A DNA stretch of 64,000 nt from the NCBI GenBank assembly GCA_002104905.1, contig MCFE01000422.1, positions 1 through 64,000 on the forward strand, read 5' to 3'. The position numbers and the translations under genes were made by a program. Below, one piece after another: positions 50,355 to 62,248 of this stretch. The notes under the pieces are model-generated. The model had not been told where the DNA came from. It saw only the letters and a program-made list of their open reading frames with translations, and ran no database searches. Each line of letters begins with the position of its first letter. The first letter of the stretch is position 1. This stretch comes from Basidiobolus meristosporus CBS 931.73 (lineage: Eukaryota > Fungi > Basidiobolomycota).

Positions 50355-53300
50355 TCATTCGATAACCTTCCACTAATATTGATCAGTATCTCTTTGTTCG
50401 AATGTTCAGATATATTTAGTAACAAAAAACCTACTTGAAGGATGCTGCCATCCATCCCTCCAATGGAAAGCACATGCTCACCGTTGCAAGAAAAGGACAC
50501 GTTGGTGACGAAGGAAGAGTGTCCTTTGTAGATCTTGCCAGGGGTCTAAGAAATAAATCATGGTCAGTTCGTGCTATGTAAAGGGTTATATCAATTTTGC
50601 TTCTGATTCTCTTACATTTGCTTTGTATGCAGGATACACATGTAGGTTGACTTGTGAACGGGTATTTGCACTCACCAATAAATTTCCTCTTGGGTTTCTC
50701 GATACCGCGTAGATCTATTCAGAAAATTACTTGGTTCAGAGATTCAATGGGTGAATACAGCATCTGAATACTTACATCTCGTCCGTTCATCCAGGATTCT
50801 TGAATACCTATGGTTGGCCATCCAATGGGGCATTCAAAGGTGCTCCACTCTACATCTGACAGCTTAGATGGATGCTTTTCTTGCTCACAAGATGGGAGCT
50901 TCCCTTCATTATCACATGATCGCTTAGCCGTGAGTACGCCAACAGCACATAATCTCTTCAATCTACTCACAAAACAACAGCTCCGAATCTATGCTATTTG
51001 ACTGCAAATATTGAGAGTCACTTGACCAGTCCATTCGAATAACTCTGCTCGAGTGTCCCTAAAGAGAAGCAGCATAGTTTAAAGTTACCGACTAGACTCA
51101 TTCGGTCACCTAGAGGGTGCGTTTCTGCGAAAAAATCAAACCTGGCAGGTGCCGAGGAGTTTCCAATTCTTTGTCAAGTATACATCGATCCCGTTATCCA
51201 TCGAGAATGCTCCAATCGCAAGGAATTCGCCATTTGGTGAGTACTTGACAACATGTTGCCAATTATCCAACGTCCCAGGGTTTCTTGGTTTGATCTCATG
51301 CAACTTGGTGAGTTCTTGCGAATCCAAAATAAACACCTTTGTAGTTGTGAAGAATCTGTCGTTCAGTATGTACTGACCTAGCATGATGTTCAGGGGATAT
51401 GTACCTGATCTGTAACGGCAGTTACCGCTATTTGGGTTGCATCGGGATGAACGGAGATTGAGCGGAGCGAAGTGCCTAAGTTAACTTTACGAATCTGGAC
51501 TGGATGTGTGAATGTGAATCTGAAATATACAGCATTGTTGAAGACTTTACCATCCTTTTCTTTGACATATCCCAACGCGCAACTACTTGATCGTCAGAGC
51601 ACGTGAAAAATTCTGGCGCGTCTGGATGTACAGCCAAACCCCATAGTTCTTGCATGCGGAAGCTATCATGTGCCTGAATGAAGTAATTATCCATCATGCA
51701 AGTTAGCCCAAGGTGAGCCTATTGCTGAGTTTAGATTCACCAAAAGCTAACCATAGAAATCGGCTCTACGCTAGCTGGTTTGGTCAGTTCTATTTGATAG
51801 ATGGCTGAATCTTCAGTGCCCACCACTAGTGTTTTCTCCGTGTATCTTGTCAAAGCACGTACACTCTTCTTGACTCCTTCCCATACGATCTGTGAGGACT
51901 GGTCAGACACTTGATGTTTTATAATTCTCCCATCCTTTCCGCTACTATAAAAAACGCCACTTGTCTCCCCAGCGGACAGAACAAAAATTGCTCCCTTGAT
52001 ACAAATAGTTAGTTTGCATTCTGGCAAAGCATCCAGGCTATCTCCTTACTTTGTGGGCCTTGCTTTTGACGTTGATGACTTGGCGTTTCGTGATGTCCCA
52101 GGAGTAGATATCTCCGTCCATACACCCAGTAATGAGCGTTCCTTTATCAATATACGCGGCACTCAGTATGGTCTAATGCACAAAGATTGACTTTCGTAAT
52201 GAGAATCAAATTATTTACGAGGATGTGTATAGCAGTATCAAACCTGAATCTTCCCCTTTGGCCCGAAAATACCTCGTTTGCTGCTCAATGTCCGAGTTTT
52301 GTCGTCAAGATACCAGAATTTAAGATGCTTCACACCAAAGATGACGAACTCGGTCCTGTTGAATGGGTTAAACAATATATCCAAGACCTAATGTTGAATG
52401 GTTAATGTTGAGACAGCTCTTTACACTGGGTGATGCATCATACCAGATCAGAATGACCGCTGGTAGAGACGAACGGCTCGGCGCTGGATTCCCAGTCAAA
52501 GACTTCGATCTAATGAAATATGTGGGTATATACCGCCTCGCTTTGGAAATTCCCTGGGTCCATCTCTTACCGTATGATCCTTATCTTTACAGACAGCAAC
52601 CAAGAATTTTCCGTCTGGGGAAAAGGCAATGGCCACAACCCCCTTGTATACGGTTCCAGGTCCACATTTTAGTGTAGCCACAGGAGGCTGCTCCGGCTCA
52701 TCTGCCTTCCAAACATGAACCTTCACACCACCCTCCGGGTCAATCACCGAAGCAACATCACCAGTTGCAATGTAGGCCCCAGAAGGGTGTACCGCTATAC
52801 TGATCACATCATCGTTGTGTCCAGTGAAGAAGCGTTGTGTATTTGTACTGGGATCGTAGATGATTCCCACCGAGCCAGCGAAATATGCAAGACGTGGAGA
52901 TCCATCATGCCCAGCCAAAGTATGGATATTGTTGCGGCAGTCACGGGTGCGATATCCGTACACATGGTCCAGCTGAAGCGATTCTCTGGGTAGGCTATCG
53001 GCCAACGGGACAAATTGGCTGGGTGGATAAATGGCTCCTGTCCATGGACGATTAGCCTGAAGCCGGTTAGAATGGTATCTTCTACTTGACCAAAGATGCG
53101 CTACTTACAGCAGTGTTACTGAGGCCATCAGAAAGTGTTGCATTCTTTTCTAGAACAGATATTCAAAATTAGCCATCTCAGCTTCTTCTATAAACCTCTC
53201 TTTGAATACTTACTATCCCCTTCAACCAAGCGAAGACCAAAGTGCAACTTTCCCTCCTACACGTAGGGTATGAATGGAACATTAGCATCATAACCAGTGT

Positions 53301-53825
53301 GCACCTCAACTTTCGAAAAAGTCGTACAGATGTTTACCTCGCTTTCACTGATAGGGACCCACTTTCTAATTGGAGTTTCCAACGTTAACTCGGAGAAATC
53401 GTATTCCACCTCTCCCAAAGGGTCATCCGAAGAAAGAAAATCATGGTCCAGCAAAGTGAATTTAACCTTCCCTAACTGTGAGTCCAAACGCCAACATAAA
53501 GCCTAAAAAAGTCTCTGGACCGACCTTGGAGTCCCCTTCTGTCAGGAACAACTTGAACGTGGAGTTCCATACCGGATTCAGATTTGCGTGGATGATTTTC
53601 GACTGAACTCGCTGGCCATTTTTCCCTTGGCCCACCGTAATAATTACATAAGGGTCGGAGGAGCCTGAACAATTATGTTAAATGGTACCCGTTTATTACA
53701 ATACGCTCAGTTCAAGCTCTGGAAGAGGTGTCGAACTAACCAGTATCTTCATCCATAGGGGCCAATCCCTTGGCTTCGAATAACTTGACTTCTAAATAAG
53801 TTATCTTTTCACTCTGGACCACCAT
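50355..53825 (-). CDS. C2 domain fused to an EML/EMAP-like HELP+WD40 (TAPE) module; heavily intron-split
   Basis: Exons 1-3 encode C2: LEVKLFEAKGLAPMDEDTG|SSDPYV...NLNPVWN...LDHDFLSSDDPLG. Then PWTGAIYPPS...LQLDHVYGYRTRDCRNNI (HELP), GHNDDVISIAVHP, FGVKHLKFW...KRGIFG, ELWGLAVHP, VKYSPNGEFLAIG, GHSSRVIRMDWSSDSQYLQSNS, FECPIGWPTIGI, GHSSFVTNVSFS...GGMDGSILQ|WKVIE* (stop 50355-50357). Confidence 0.88.
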
Positions 53826-54183
53826 TTGGTTGTATATCAAGGTATCACCTTAAAAGCGCTACTCAGTATTGTCCAGAAATTAGCACCTCTACACTGCCAA
53901 ATTGACGTCACATGAAACAAATCTCGTGGTTAACTAATGCCATAATTCAGCCACCATTTACCTCAATTCAGAGGCACTGCACTGATTCCCGCTTCGCACA
54001 GGTGAAGAAAATGTGGTTTGAACACCGCAACATTGCCAAGAGAAGACCAAAGTACACTTTAAAGATGGGAATCAGGGAGCAAACTATATGGCTGTGAATT
54101 GCGCATGATAGGATGATTGTTCCAGACTGATATTTATTATTGCATGTGCTAAAGCGTATTGATGAACAGAATCAAGAAGAAAC

Positions 54184-55378
54184 CTATTGTGATTGAGTGG
54201 CGGAAGCAAAGGCGCTTAGCACACTCTTCGCTTTACCAGAGCGAATCGCTTCGCGTGCTAGCGCCACACCCTCCTTAAAGTCGGCGGCCTTTTCGTCTAA
54301 TACAAGCAACGCAGAGGTGTTGATCAGAATGAAATCCAGGATTGGTCCCTCATATTTGTTATCCAGAATCTCATTCAAAATCTTGGCATTGTATGTAGAA
54401 TCGCCGCCGGCCACTAAACTTAGGCTGTGTCGGGGCAGCCCGAAATCGTCTGGGGATATCTTTCTCTCGGTGATTTCGCCATTCGAGAGCTCCCACAACT
54501 TTAATATTTTTTAAGGCAATCAATATGTGTAAATCAAGAAACAAGTGGATCCAGGACTTACATGTGTTTCCAATTCAGGACTGATCTCATCCAATCCCTC
54601 GGATCCGTTGACTACAAAGGCTTTTTCTACGCCCATCAGGTTCAAAGCCTCTGCAATAAGGTGGCCAAGCTGGTATGAGTGTACACCTAGAACAATCCTG
54701 GATGGTTTGGCTGGGCTGCTTAATGGGCCGAGGATGTTGAAGATAGTGGGAACTCCGATTTCCTTTCTTGTAGAGGAGATCTGTCTCATGGCAGGGTGAT
54801 AGACTTGCGAGAACAAGAAGCAGAAATTGGTCGAGTCAATGATTTCCGGAACCCTAGGAGGGGTAACATTTTCTAGGACACAGGATAGAGACTCTAGCAA
54901 ATCGGCTGAGCCAGAACTCGACGAGGAGGCTCTGTTTCCATGCTGTAAGACGAGAACGAGCTGGTTGAGTACTTAAGGTTTGGGGGCAGGTTTCATAGGA
55001 GCATACCTTGGCGACCTTGCTTCCTGCACCAGCAGCGATAATGGCGGCGGAGGTGGACACATTAAAGGTGTTGTGACCGTCACCTCCTGTGCCTACAATA
55101 TCTACTACGGAAGAAGACAGTTGAGGGTGTGAGGAAAAGTCGACATACAAGGCATGGTCACGCATCACGGTAGCACATGCAGCCACAATTTCAGGTTGAC
55201 AGTCAAATTGTTGTAGACGTAAGGAAACCAGGAAAGCTGACATCTGTGCAGGAGTAGCCCTATGTTCCATAATTTCGGTAATGGCAGCCTTTGCCATTTC
55301 CGGAGTAAAGGCCTCAGGATTAAGAACTATGGTCTTAATGATGGCTTGTGTAGCATTGTTTGGAGAAGCAGTTGCCAT
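54184..55378 (-). CDS. TRP4: Anthranilate phosphoribosyltransferase (multi-exon)
   Basis: ATPAQMSAFLVSL, VDIVGTGGDGHNTFNVST, KHGNRASSSSSGSADLL, YHPAMR, PTIFNILGPL, EGLDEISP. Confidence 0.96.
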
Positions 55379-58300
55379 TCTAAAATATTTCTGTTGCAAA
55401 TATCAATAACAAGAAAGAATTAAACCTAAAGACTTCACTAAGTGAACGAAGAGAATATTAATGTCCTTATAAAAAAACAAGTATGAACCGGCTGAGCTTC
55501 TGTTGCGAGCAAAAGGACAACACTGTTTAAAGTTATAGTCTGCTTCTTCTCAAACCCAGGCTATTAAAGCCAATCAACACGAACACAATTCATTGTCGTT
55601 AGTGCAACTATCAGATTTAACAAATCCAGTCTACATAGAACACTGGGTGTCATCATTGCAAGAAATGACTCATAATGGTTCCTGCCACCAAACAGGCCAA
55701 TCTTATTTGATTAGTTGATTTATAGAAATTGAATGTGATAGGGGTCAGATCAAAAGCTAAATGCACAATTGTAGCGGGGCAAGCCTTCATGCCCAAGTGA
55801 TCCAGCCGCCAGCATAAATGATAGGGTATTTGACATCCAGCATTGGGTCCAAGATTAAATTCGGTCAAGATTCGCATCGATCCACAATGACTCAACCTCC
55901 ATTATTGTGACTCTATCTGGCACTTCGCACACGATGGGAAGCCCCGGTCATTCGACATCGAGTATACCATCAGGAAAGATGGAATTTGTGGTGCCAGCAT
56001 TCGGCTTGGTGGTGGACAACACCATCACATTGAGGGAGCACAATGATGGAAATTGTAAGATATAACATGAGAATAGATGTTGAGTGGCTATCCCTCATGG
56101 AATACCATGTATGGATCCAATAGTGTTAGGGCAACCAGATTCGAGATTAGATTTGATATACTATGGCTTACTTTTCTAAACACCAATTGATGGTTGAACC
56201 AACGGAGGTTTGATATCATTGGTATGTGCTTAGCTTTTAATCACAATCACCTCCACGGCTCGATAATATGAATCATGTGTACATAAAATACGCGTATACC
56301 ATTGGACATAGTGGTCGTAAATGACATATTCACAGGCTCAATCATGCGAAGAGAAATAGAAACAGAGTTCAACCGGCGGTCCATGTTACAAATTGCAGGA
56401 CATAGTTCGGAACCTCGCGGCTCTGAGACCTTATTCTGCAGACTATGGCTCAGTCTACAGATACTTGGCTAATATACATTTGCGATCTCCATAAAGCATA
56501 TTTGCACTATGCGAATTCTCAACGCCGGCGGGTAGCAAGTATACCATTGGATTTCTAGCCTACTCCAACTAGTAGTCCAGATACTAACAGAGCGCGTCAT
56601 ACTATATTTAATTATATGGAAATGCCATATAGGACCTTCCGTTTAGGAACAAAACGGCTCATTCTTTGACAACAGGAAAGTAAAACTGTAAATAACATGT
56701 GTCGACTCAGACTTTACAAGCGGTATGCTACAGAACCTCATGACAATGAATAAACTTGTAAACTTGCAAACTTGCGAACGTTTCAGTCAGATGGTGTCTA
56801 TCTGGATCCTAGGCCTAATTTTCTATAACTAACCTCGCAACAGCAGCCAGTAAATGAGGGTAGACACGCCATGCTGCCTTTGGTGTTTGGTTAGGGTTTT
56901 GGCTAATAACGAAGCTTCATCTCCTTACAACTGGTACATGAAACTAAGAGACCATTTAAATTCACATCTATTGACATGGCTGCATTCCAGGTGATAACTA
57001 TATTGTACTGGTTCTCGGACACTATGTTCTAGAACGGCTGATACTCGGTACAAGAGTTCCACCGGATTTTTAGCACACCTGCTTTGATTCTGACCTTGGT
57101 ATGAGTGGTAAAAATGGGGCTGCGCATGTGGGTACGGTAACACAGCCGAGGGAAATAGGTATACATATTCACACCTAACATATGGGTACGAACACGACTG
57201 GCACAGGTAAGAATAGGGCAATCAAAGCGCTCATATTTGTAATAGGAGTCGTGTCCGGGTAAACCAACAATGACAATGATGATATGTTTTTGTCTACTCA
57301 TGGTCTAGACCGAGACCGTGAGGTTGTTGCTGGTATGTGGAGGACACTCTTTGAGGCATGTCTAATTTTAGTAACCCAGATACGGATTCTTCGGGCATTT
57401 GTGACGTACCCTAGCAGGAAAGCATTGCCAATTGGACTGGTAGCAATTTAGATTAGAGGTTTGGGGAATCCCGCTTGGATGACGAATAGAACCAAGATCA
57501 AACAGTCAACATGAAATTGATTTCATAAAATTGGCTTGACATAAAAGGTAAGCAGTCATTCACACAGTACCTGACTCCCACTGACCACATGAATTCCATG
57601 GCAACACCAGTCAAATCCATCTCCATTGGATTGGTGACCAGGAGAATTAGATGCTCTATCGCATCAAGACATTCTGAAGTAATACCTTAGATAACTACCA
57701 TGCTCCACACTTGTATCTATACCTGGCTTCGATTCAATCCAGGCCCCATTCAATCATCATGGGCCAATCGCTGGACTACGACCACAGTCAAGGGGATTTG
57801 AGGTTATTTGAGGTAATGTGGTGTGCGTATTTCGTGATAGTATGGCAATTTGTTGGACCATTAATCCTCTGATAATTGGACTCTTGAAAGGAATGGAATC
57901 AGTATACTGGTTCTCGTGTAAGTTGTACCAGCCAGAGTAGCGCACAAGCAGATAGCAGAATATTGAATTGGTGAAAACGGGCCTAGGAAAAGGAGAATAT
58001 TTCGTAGAAGGAAATATTACCTCCAATTCCTCCATCCGTACCACCTTCACAGACCGTTCATCGACTGTATAGCAGGTTTGATTCATGCAATCATGCTCGG
58101 TCAAAACCTTGGTGAAGTCAGTAACAAACAGTATTTTAGGTTCATATATACATCTCCGCTTCCCGGTATCTATTTAGCACATAGCGATCGAGTCTAGATT
58201 ATTGAACATTGCATATGCTTGCATCGTCTGGGCTTCTAGATTCAATCTTCGTTTCATTATGTGCGGATTGACGCTTTGTGTACAACTCGACGCCTCTCGA

Positions 58301-59146
58301 ATCTTATGCGATTACAAGGTGCCACCTTCAGACATCTGGGGGCCGCTTCGCAAAGAAATGGATTGTTCTACTGTTTGAAGCACTTGCTGTATCGCCCAGC
58401 GCAATATTATTTGGCTAAATACTGGGATAGCCTGTAGGATGATTGGTTTTTCTTGCCAATGAAGAGTGACGATATCAGGTGTAACCCTCTGGGTCCCATG
58501 TGTAATGATGGAAAAATGTAGTAAAATAGGTTTAATGAGGTGTACTGTACAGCGTAACACTGACAGTTCTGAAAAGTAGGTTGAGGGTTTCTATTCTCAC
58601 TATATTATAATAAAAATGTGCACATTACGTTCCCTTGATCTTGTCGAGAAATAATCAACTATAGAAATGGGGTTTGTGTCTTTCATCCAATTATCTATTA
58701 TCTGGCAGAAACGGGCTTTGGCTTGCGAAGTCTCCTTTGCAACAGTCGAATAGAAAACAATGCGTACTAATGGATATTCATGTTTCACTCTGTACCAAGG
58801 TATGCCAGGAGTTAATTAAATTCAATTCATGCCTGTTTATCCTATTTGGGCCATCCTCCGATGAATACAGCGGTCTTCCTCATTTCTTGGTCAATACTAA
58901 GTTTTAATTATTTTACAGGCTGTGGAAATTACAGGAAATACGATGCACTTTGGCTAATAAGGGTTTTAAATAAATTCACATTATAAAGATTTCACGGTTC
59001 ATAGAGAAAACGAATCTGAGAGACGCCAAAATTGGATATTCCGATAGCTTCTGCTGGATACTTCATCTTGAGATGACGAAGGAGGTATTACATTAGCTGG
59101 AAGACTGTCCCGGGTATTCCAGGGTGCTTTTGCATCACACTGCGGC

Positions 59147-60244
59147 CTAGTAGGACGCCAATACTTGGGTCATTGTGACTTTGTTCCGGTACTCTTCATG
59201 CTCCTCTTCGTCGAGTGTTATTATAGGGCTACTATCGGTTGGAAAAAAGCTATCATCGTGATTGTTAGGATTCTTCGACATTTCAAAGGAGTCCTCCCAA
59301 TCCTCTTTCCCACCAAATGCGCTGGATTTCTTGGTCCACCGCCGGTACATCTTATAGAGTATCGGGTCCATGAGGAAAGCAAGAAAGTTGAAAACACCAG
59401 GTGAGCTGGAGGTCAATGTCATGATAAAGTCAATAGTATAGTTGTGCTTCGCTGGCGTGAACGAGTACAGGGTCTTGACAATAGTGAAAGTGTATGTTAA
59501 TATTGGTACCATGGGATAACCAATAATCCTCTTGACAGCGCGGTGCACTTTCTTTGATGTTTCCTGAGCTCGGCGCTCCATTGCACACTTGGTATAACCA
59601 GGTGTAATGGAGTTGTTTTCATGTGTCAGCGACTTGAGTAATTTGTTTTTTCCTTGGTACAGCTTTCTGGCTACTATAAATACTACTATAAGGCAGAAGA
59701 GTACTCCGATAATCATCCAAAAGAACATGCTGGCAAACTCCCATATTAATTCCTCAACAGAACCGCGGTTGTAAAACCAGCAAGCGTCGGTAGGCACATC
59801 ATAGCCATATTTGTTGAGTACTAGCGGTATTGCGCTGCAAGCCGTTGAGAGAATCAAAGTGGCAATGATGTAGAACTTCTGTAGGTTTTGTGTAATGCGA
59901 TTGAAAACAAAAACCAACAGGAGATTCAGAGCGATGCAGGCTGAGAATGCTACAAGCATTATGGAGCCAAAGATGTAGAGGAAAAATGTTAGTTTGCAGC
60001 TTAAGTCTAAGTATTGGTTGTGCGGCAGATTTGCTGATGCCAGGACAGTAATGACCAATAACAGGTCGGCATAGCACATGCAGAGCTGTAATCTGAAGGA
60101 CACTCTATTTGCATCTTTGGGAAATTTGCGAGTCAAGTATATTACTGCCAAAATTACAGTAAGTGAGCAAACAGCTGACAGTGGACAACACACTTTGATC
60201 AATGTGGCCAGAACCTTGTGTTGCTCGGGCGTTAGTTCTCCCAT
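59147..60244 (-). CDS. 7-TM GPCR, cAMP-receptor-like/Git3-like
   Basis: Seven hydrophobic segments with NRVSFRL...ADL, C..., IALNL, YGYD....ACW, KRIIGYPMVPI and G.FNFLAFLMDP; acidic C-terminal tail. Intronless. Confidence 0.82.
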   Translation of the reverse strand: MGELTPEQHKVLATLIKVCCPLSAVCSLTVILAVIYLTRKFPKDANRVSFRLQLCMCYADLLLVITVLASANLPHNQYLDLSCKLTFFLYIFGSIMLVAFSACIALNLLLVFVFNRITQNLQKFYIIATLILSTACSAIPLVLNKYGYDVPTDACWFYNRGSVEELIWEFASMFFWMIIGVLFCLIVVFIVARKLYQGKNKLLKSLTHENNSITPGYTKCAMERRAQETSKKVHRAVKRIIGYPMVPILTYTFTIVKTLYSFTPAKHNYTIDFIMTLTSSSPGVFNFLAFLMDPILYKMYRRWTKKSSAFGGKEDWEDSFEMSKNPNNHDDSFFPTDSSPIITLDEEEHEEYRNKVTMTQVLASY

Positions 60245-61456
60245 AATTAATGCCCCTGTTCTTGTGAGTAGGCGTAAGCAAAGACAAGTAGCTTAGAAAA
60301 AGAGGGTATAGTGGTCAGATATGGGCAGAAGAATGAAGCAGTGATCCTTGGGATGAAGGCAGGTATTATATATATAGGGGGGTTCCCCGGGTAATATCAT
60401 CATGCTAGTTTGATGTGGGCCCGCTCTTTCTTAAACAATTCTATTAAGTCGTAGAGGTGTGACACGAGATTTTTCGAGGTCACAAGCTTGTTTGGGTGGA
60501 TATTGTACCCGAGGTTGTAATTGGAGTAATATGCCATTTGGCTCGTTCATCAGCCAAAGGAATAGAGATTTGGCCAAGACCAGGATAGGACGATGACTAT
60601 TCATTTTACACTAATGTTGTTGTATGCCTAAAAGCGACGAACTAATTAGCTCCATTAATTCTCACGGAGCCTCTTTGTTGTCCCACAGTCGTATCGCTAA
60701 AGAGAAACGAGAAAATAATTTTGCCATTTATAGCTTTCCGCTTTTCAAGTTTCCTCATTGATGGCATTGTAGTATATGGGAATGGGGTTGCAACAATCAT
60801 CTGTCACAAGTTTGCTTAACCACATGATCGAAAATCTTAGCCGAGCTGAATTTGCTGATTCCTACCTGCTGGGGTAAAGTCGAATATCTATTCCATTAAT
60901 GATGTGCCTAGTCTTCCATCAAGATTGCTCAGCAGGTCACAGCATAAAGAGACAGCTTCTTTTTATACAGAGCCGGCTCAGCCTGATCCTGAGCCTCTAT
61001 ACTAGAATTCTGGACTCGGGAATATTATTAAACAAATGGCTGAACGAATCGACGGGAAAATATATTAAATGATTGATGGCTCACTTCTATCACTGGGAGG
61101 GATTTGCGGAATACAATTGCACTCTGAGGAATGGAAAGAGACGGCGACTTGCTCAGTGCACTAGGGATGCCTTGTGTTATGATTAATTCTTCACAGTATT
61201 CGCCGTACAAATAATCGGCTCATATAAAAGTTTACTAACAAAGCAAAGTCTGTCCAAAGCGGTGCATAAAGGGAAAGAGATGCGCGATCTTAAACCGACA
61301 GATTTATTAATATAATCGAAATGGAAGCTAGGTGGTTATCCAGAAAACACCATACATCATAGTCCTGCTATATCCATGAAGGGATTGCACCGGCCCTTCC
61401 AGGTAGTATCCGTCTAGGAGCATGCTTTATAAACTCCATAAATGTGTAGACCCCCT

Positions 61457-62248
61457 TTAAATGGTCTTGATTGACCTAATGTTTAATTTGGCGCGTTTCT
61501 TATGCTGGCCATGGAATGGTCTATGTCTGGCTCCTGTATGCTGGGAATGCTTGTTGCCGAATAAACCACCTCTTAGAGGTATTGGGATGGCACCACCAAC
61601 CTCCATATCCTTCCCATCTTCTCTGCTTGTGGAGGTAGGCTGTCCATGAACATTCGCTGAGATTCCAACTTGACCGATCACTAAGTAGGGGACCGCTTTA
61701 TCGGTAATTTTTGCGAATACTTGAGTCCAGTAGTTTCCATCTTCGCTAAACCCAACACCCAGATGTGTAAATTGTGGATTAAGAATATTTTGACGATGGC
61801 CTTTTAAAAAAATTAATGCGGGTCTTCGATTAATGGTTAATCGCAACTAACCAGGAGAGTGCATCCAGCTATCCATAACTTTTTCATCGTCTTCAAATCC
61901 TTCAGCCACATTCTCCCCGATGTTAGCCCAAGCTACATCTACCGCTTCAATGCGTACTTCTAATGGCCTTCCAGGCTCGTCATGAGTCATCTTCCTGGTT
62001 TGTGCTTGGTAATCTGTATGGCGTTGTGCACATTCAACTAGTCTCCTAATGGCATGGCTTAATACCTCATACGCAAGATAAGCTTGGACAGCGAAATTCA
62101 TGTAGACTTACTTATCTAATGCTAACGGTGCTGCGCCAGACTTTTTGCGTTCAGCATTTACCAATTCTAGCTGCTGCTGTGGATCGCCGAAAGCTGAACC
62201 CAGGAAAAGAAAGTAGATGAATACTTGAACGGCGATGTATAGATGCAT
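61457..62248 (-). CDS. Secreted CAP/SCP-domain protein (YkwD/bacterial-type CAP), 3 exons
   Basis: Signal peptide MHLYIAVQVFIYFLFLGSAFG; LELVNAERKKSGAAPL; AQRHTDYQ...MTH; IGENVAEG...VMDSWMHSPG|HRQNILNPQFTHLGVG...YWTQVF; Gly/His/Arg-rich tail. Confidence 0.9.

Noticed and set aside
56752-56775. AAACTTG(T/C) x3 micro-repeat, plus poly-C (8372-8382) and poly-G (~29417) runs
   Set aside because: Too short to separate from ordinary slippage repeats.
57029-57301. IIIVIVGLPGHDSY resembling the 6-phosphofructo-2-kinase P-loop (VMVGLPARGKS)
   Set aside because: The GK(S/T) is absent and the rest does not align.
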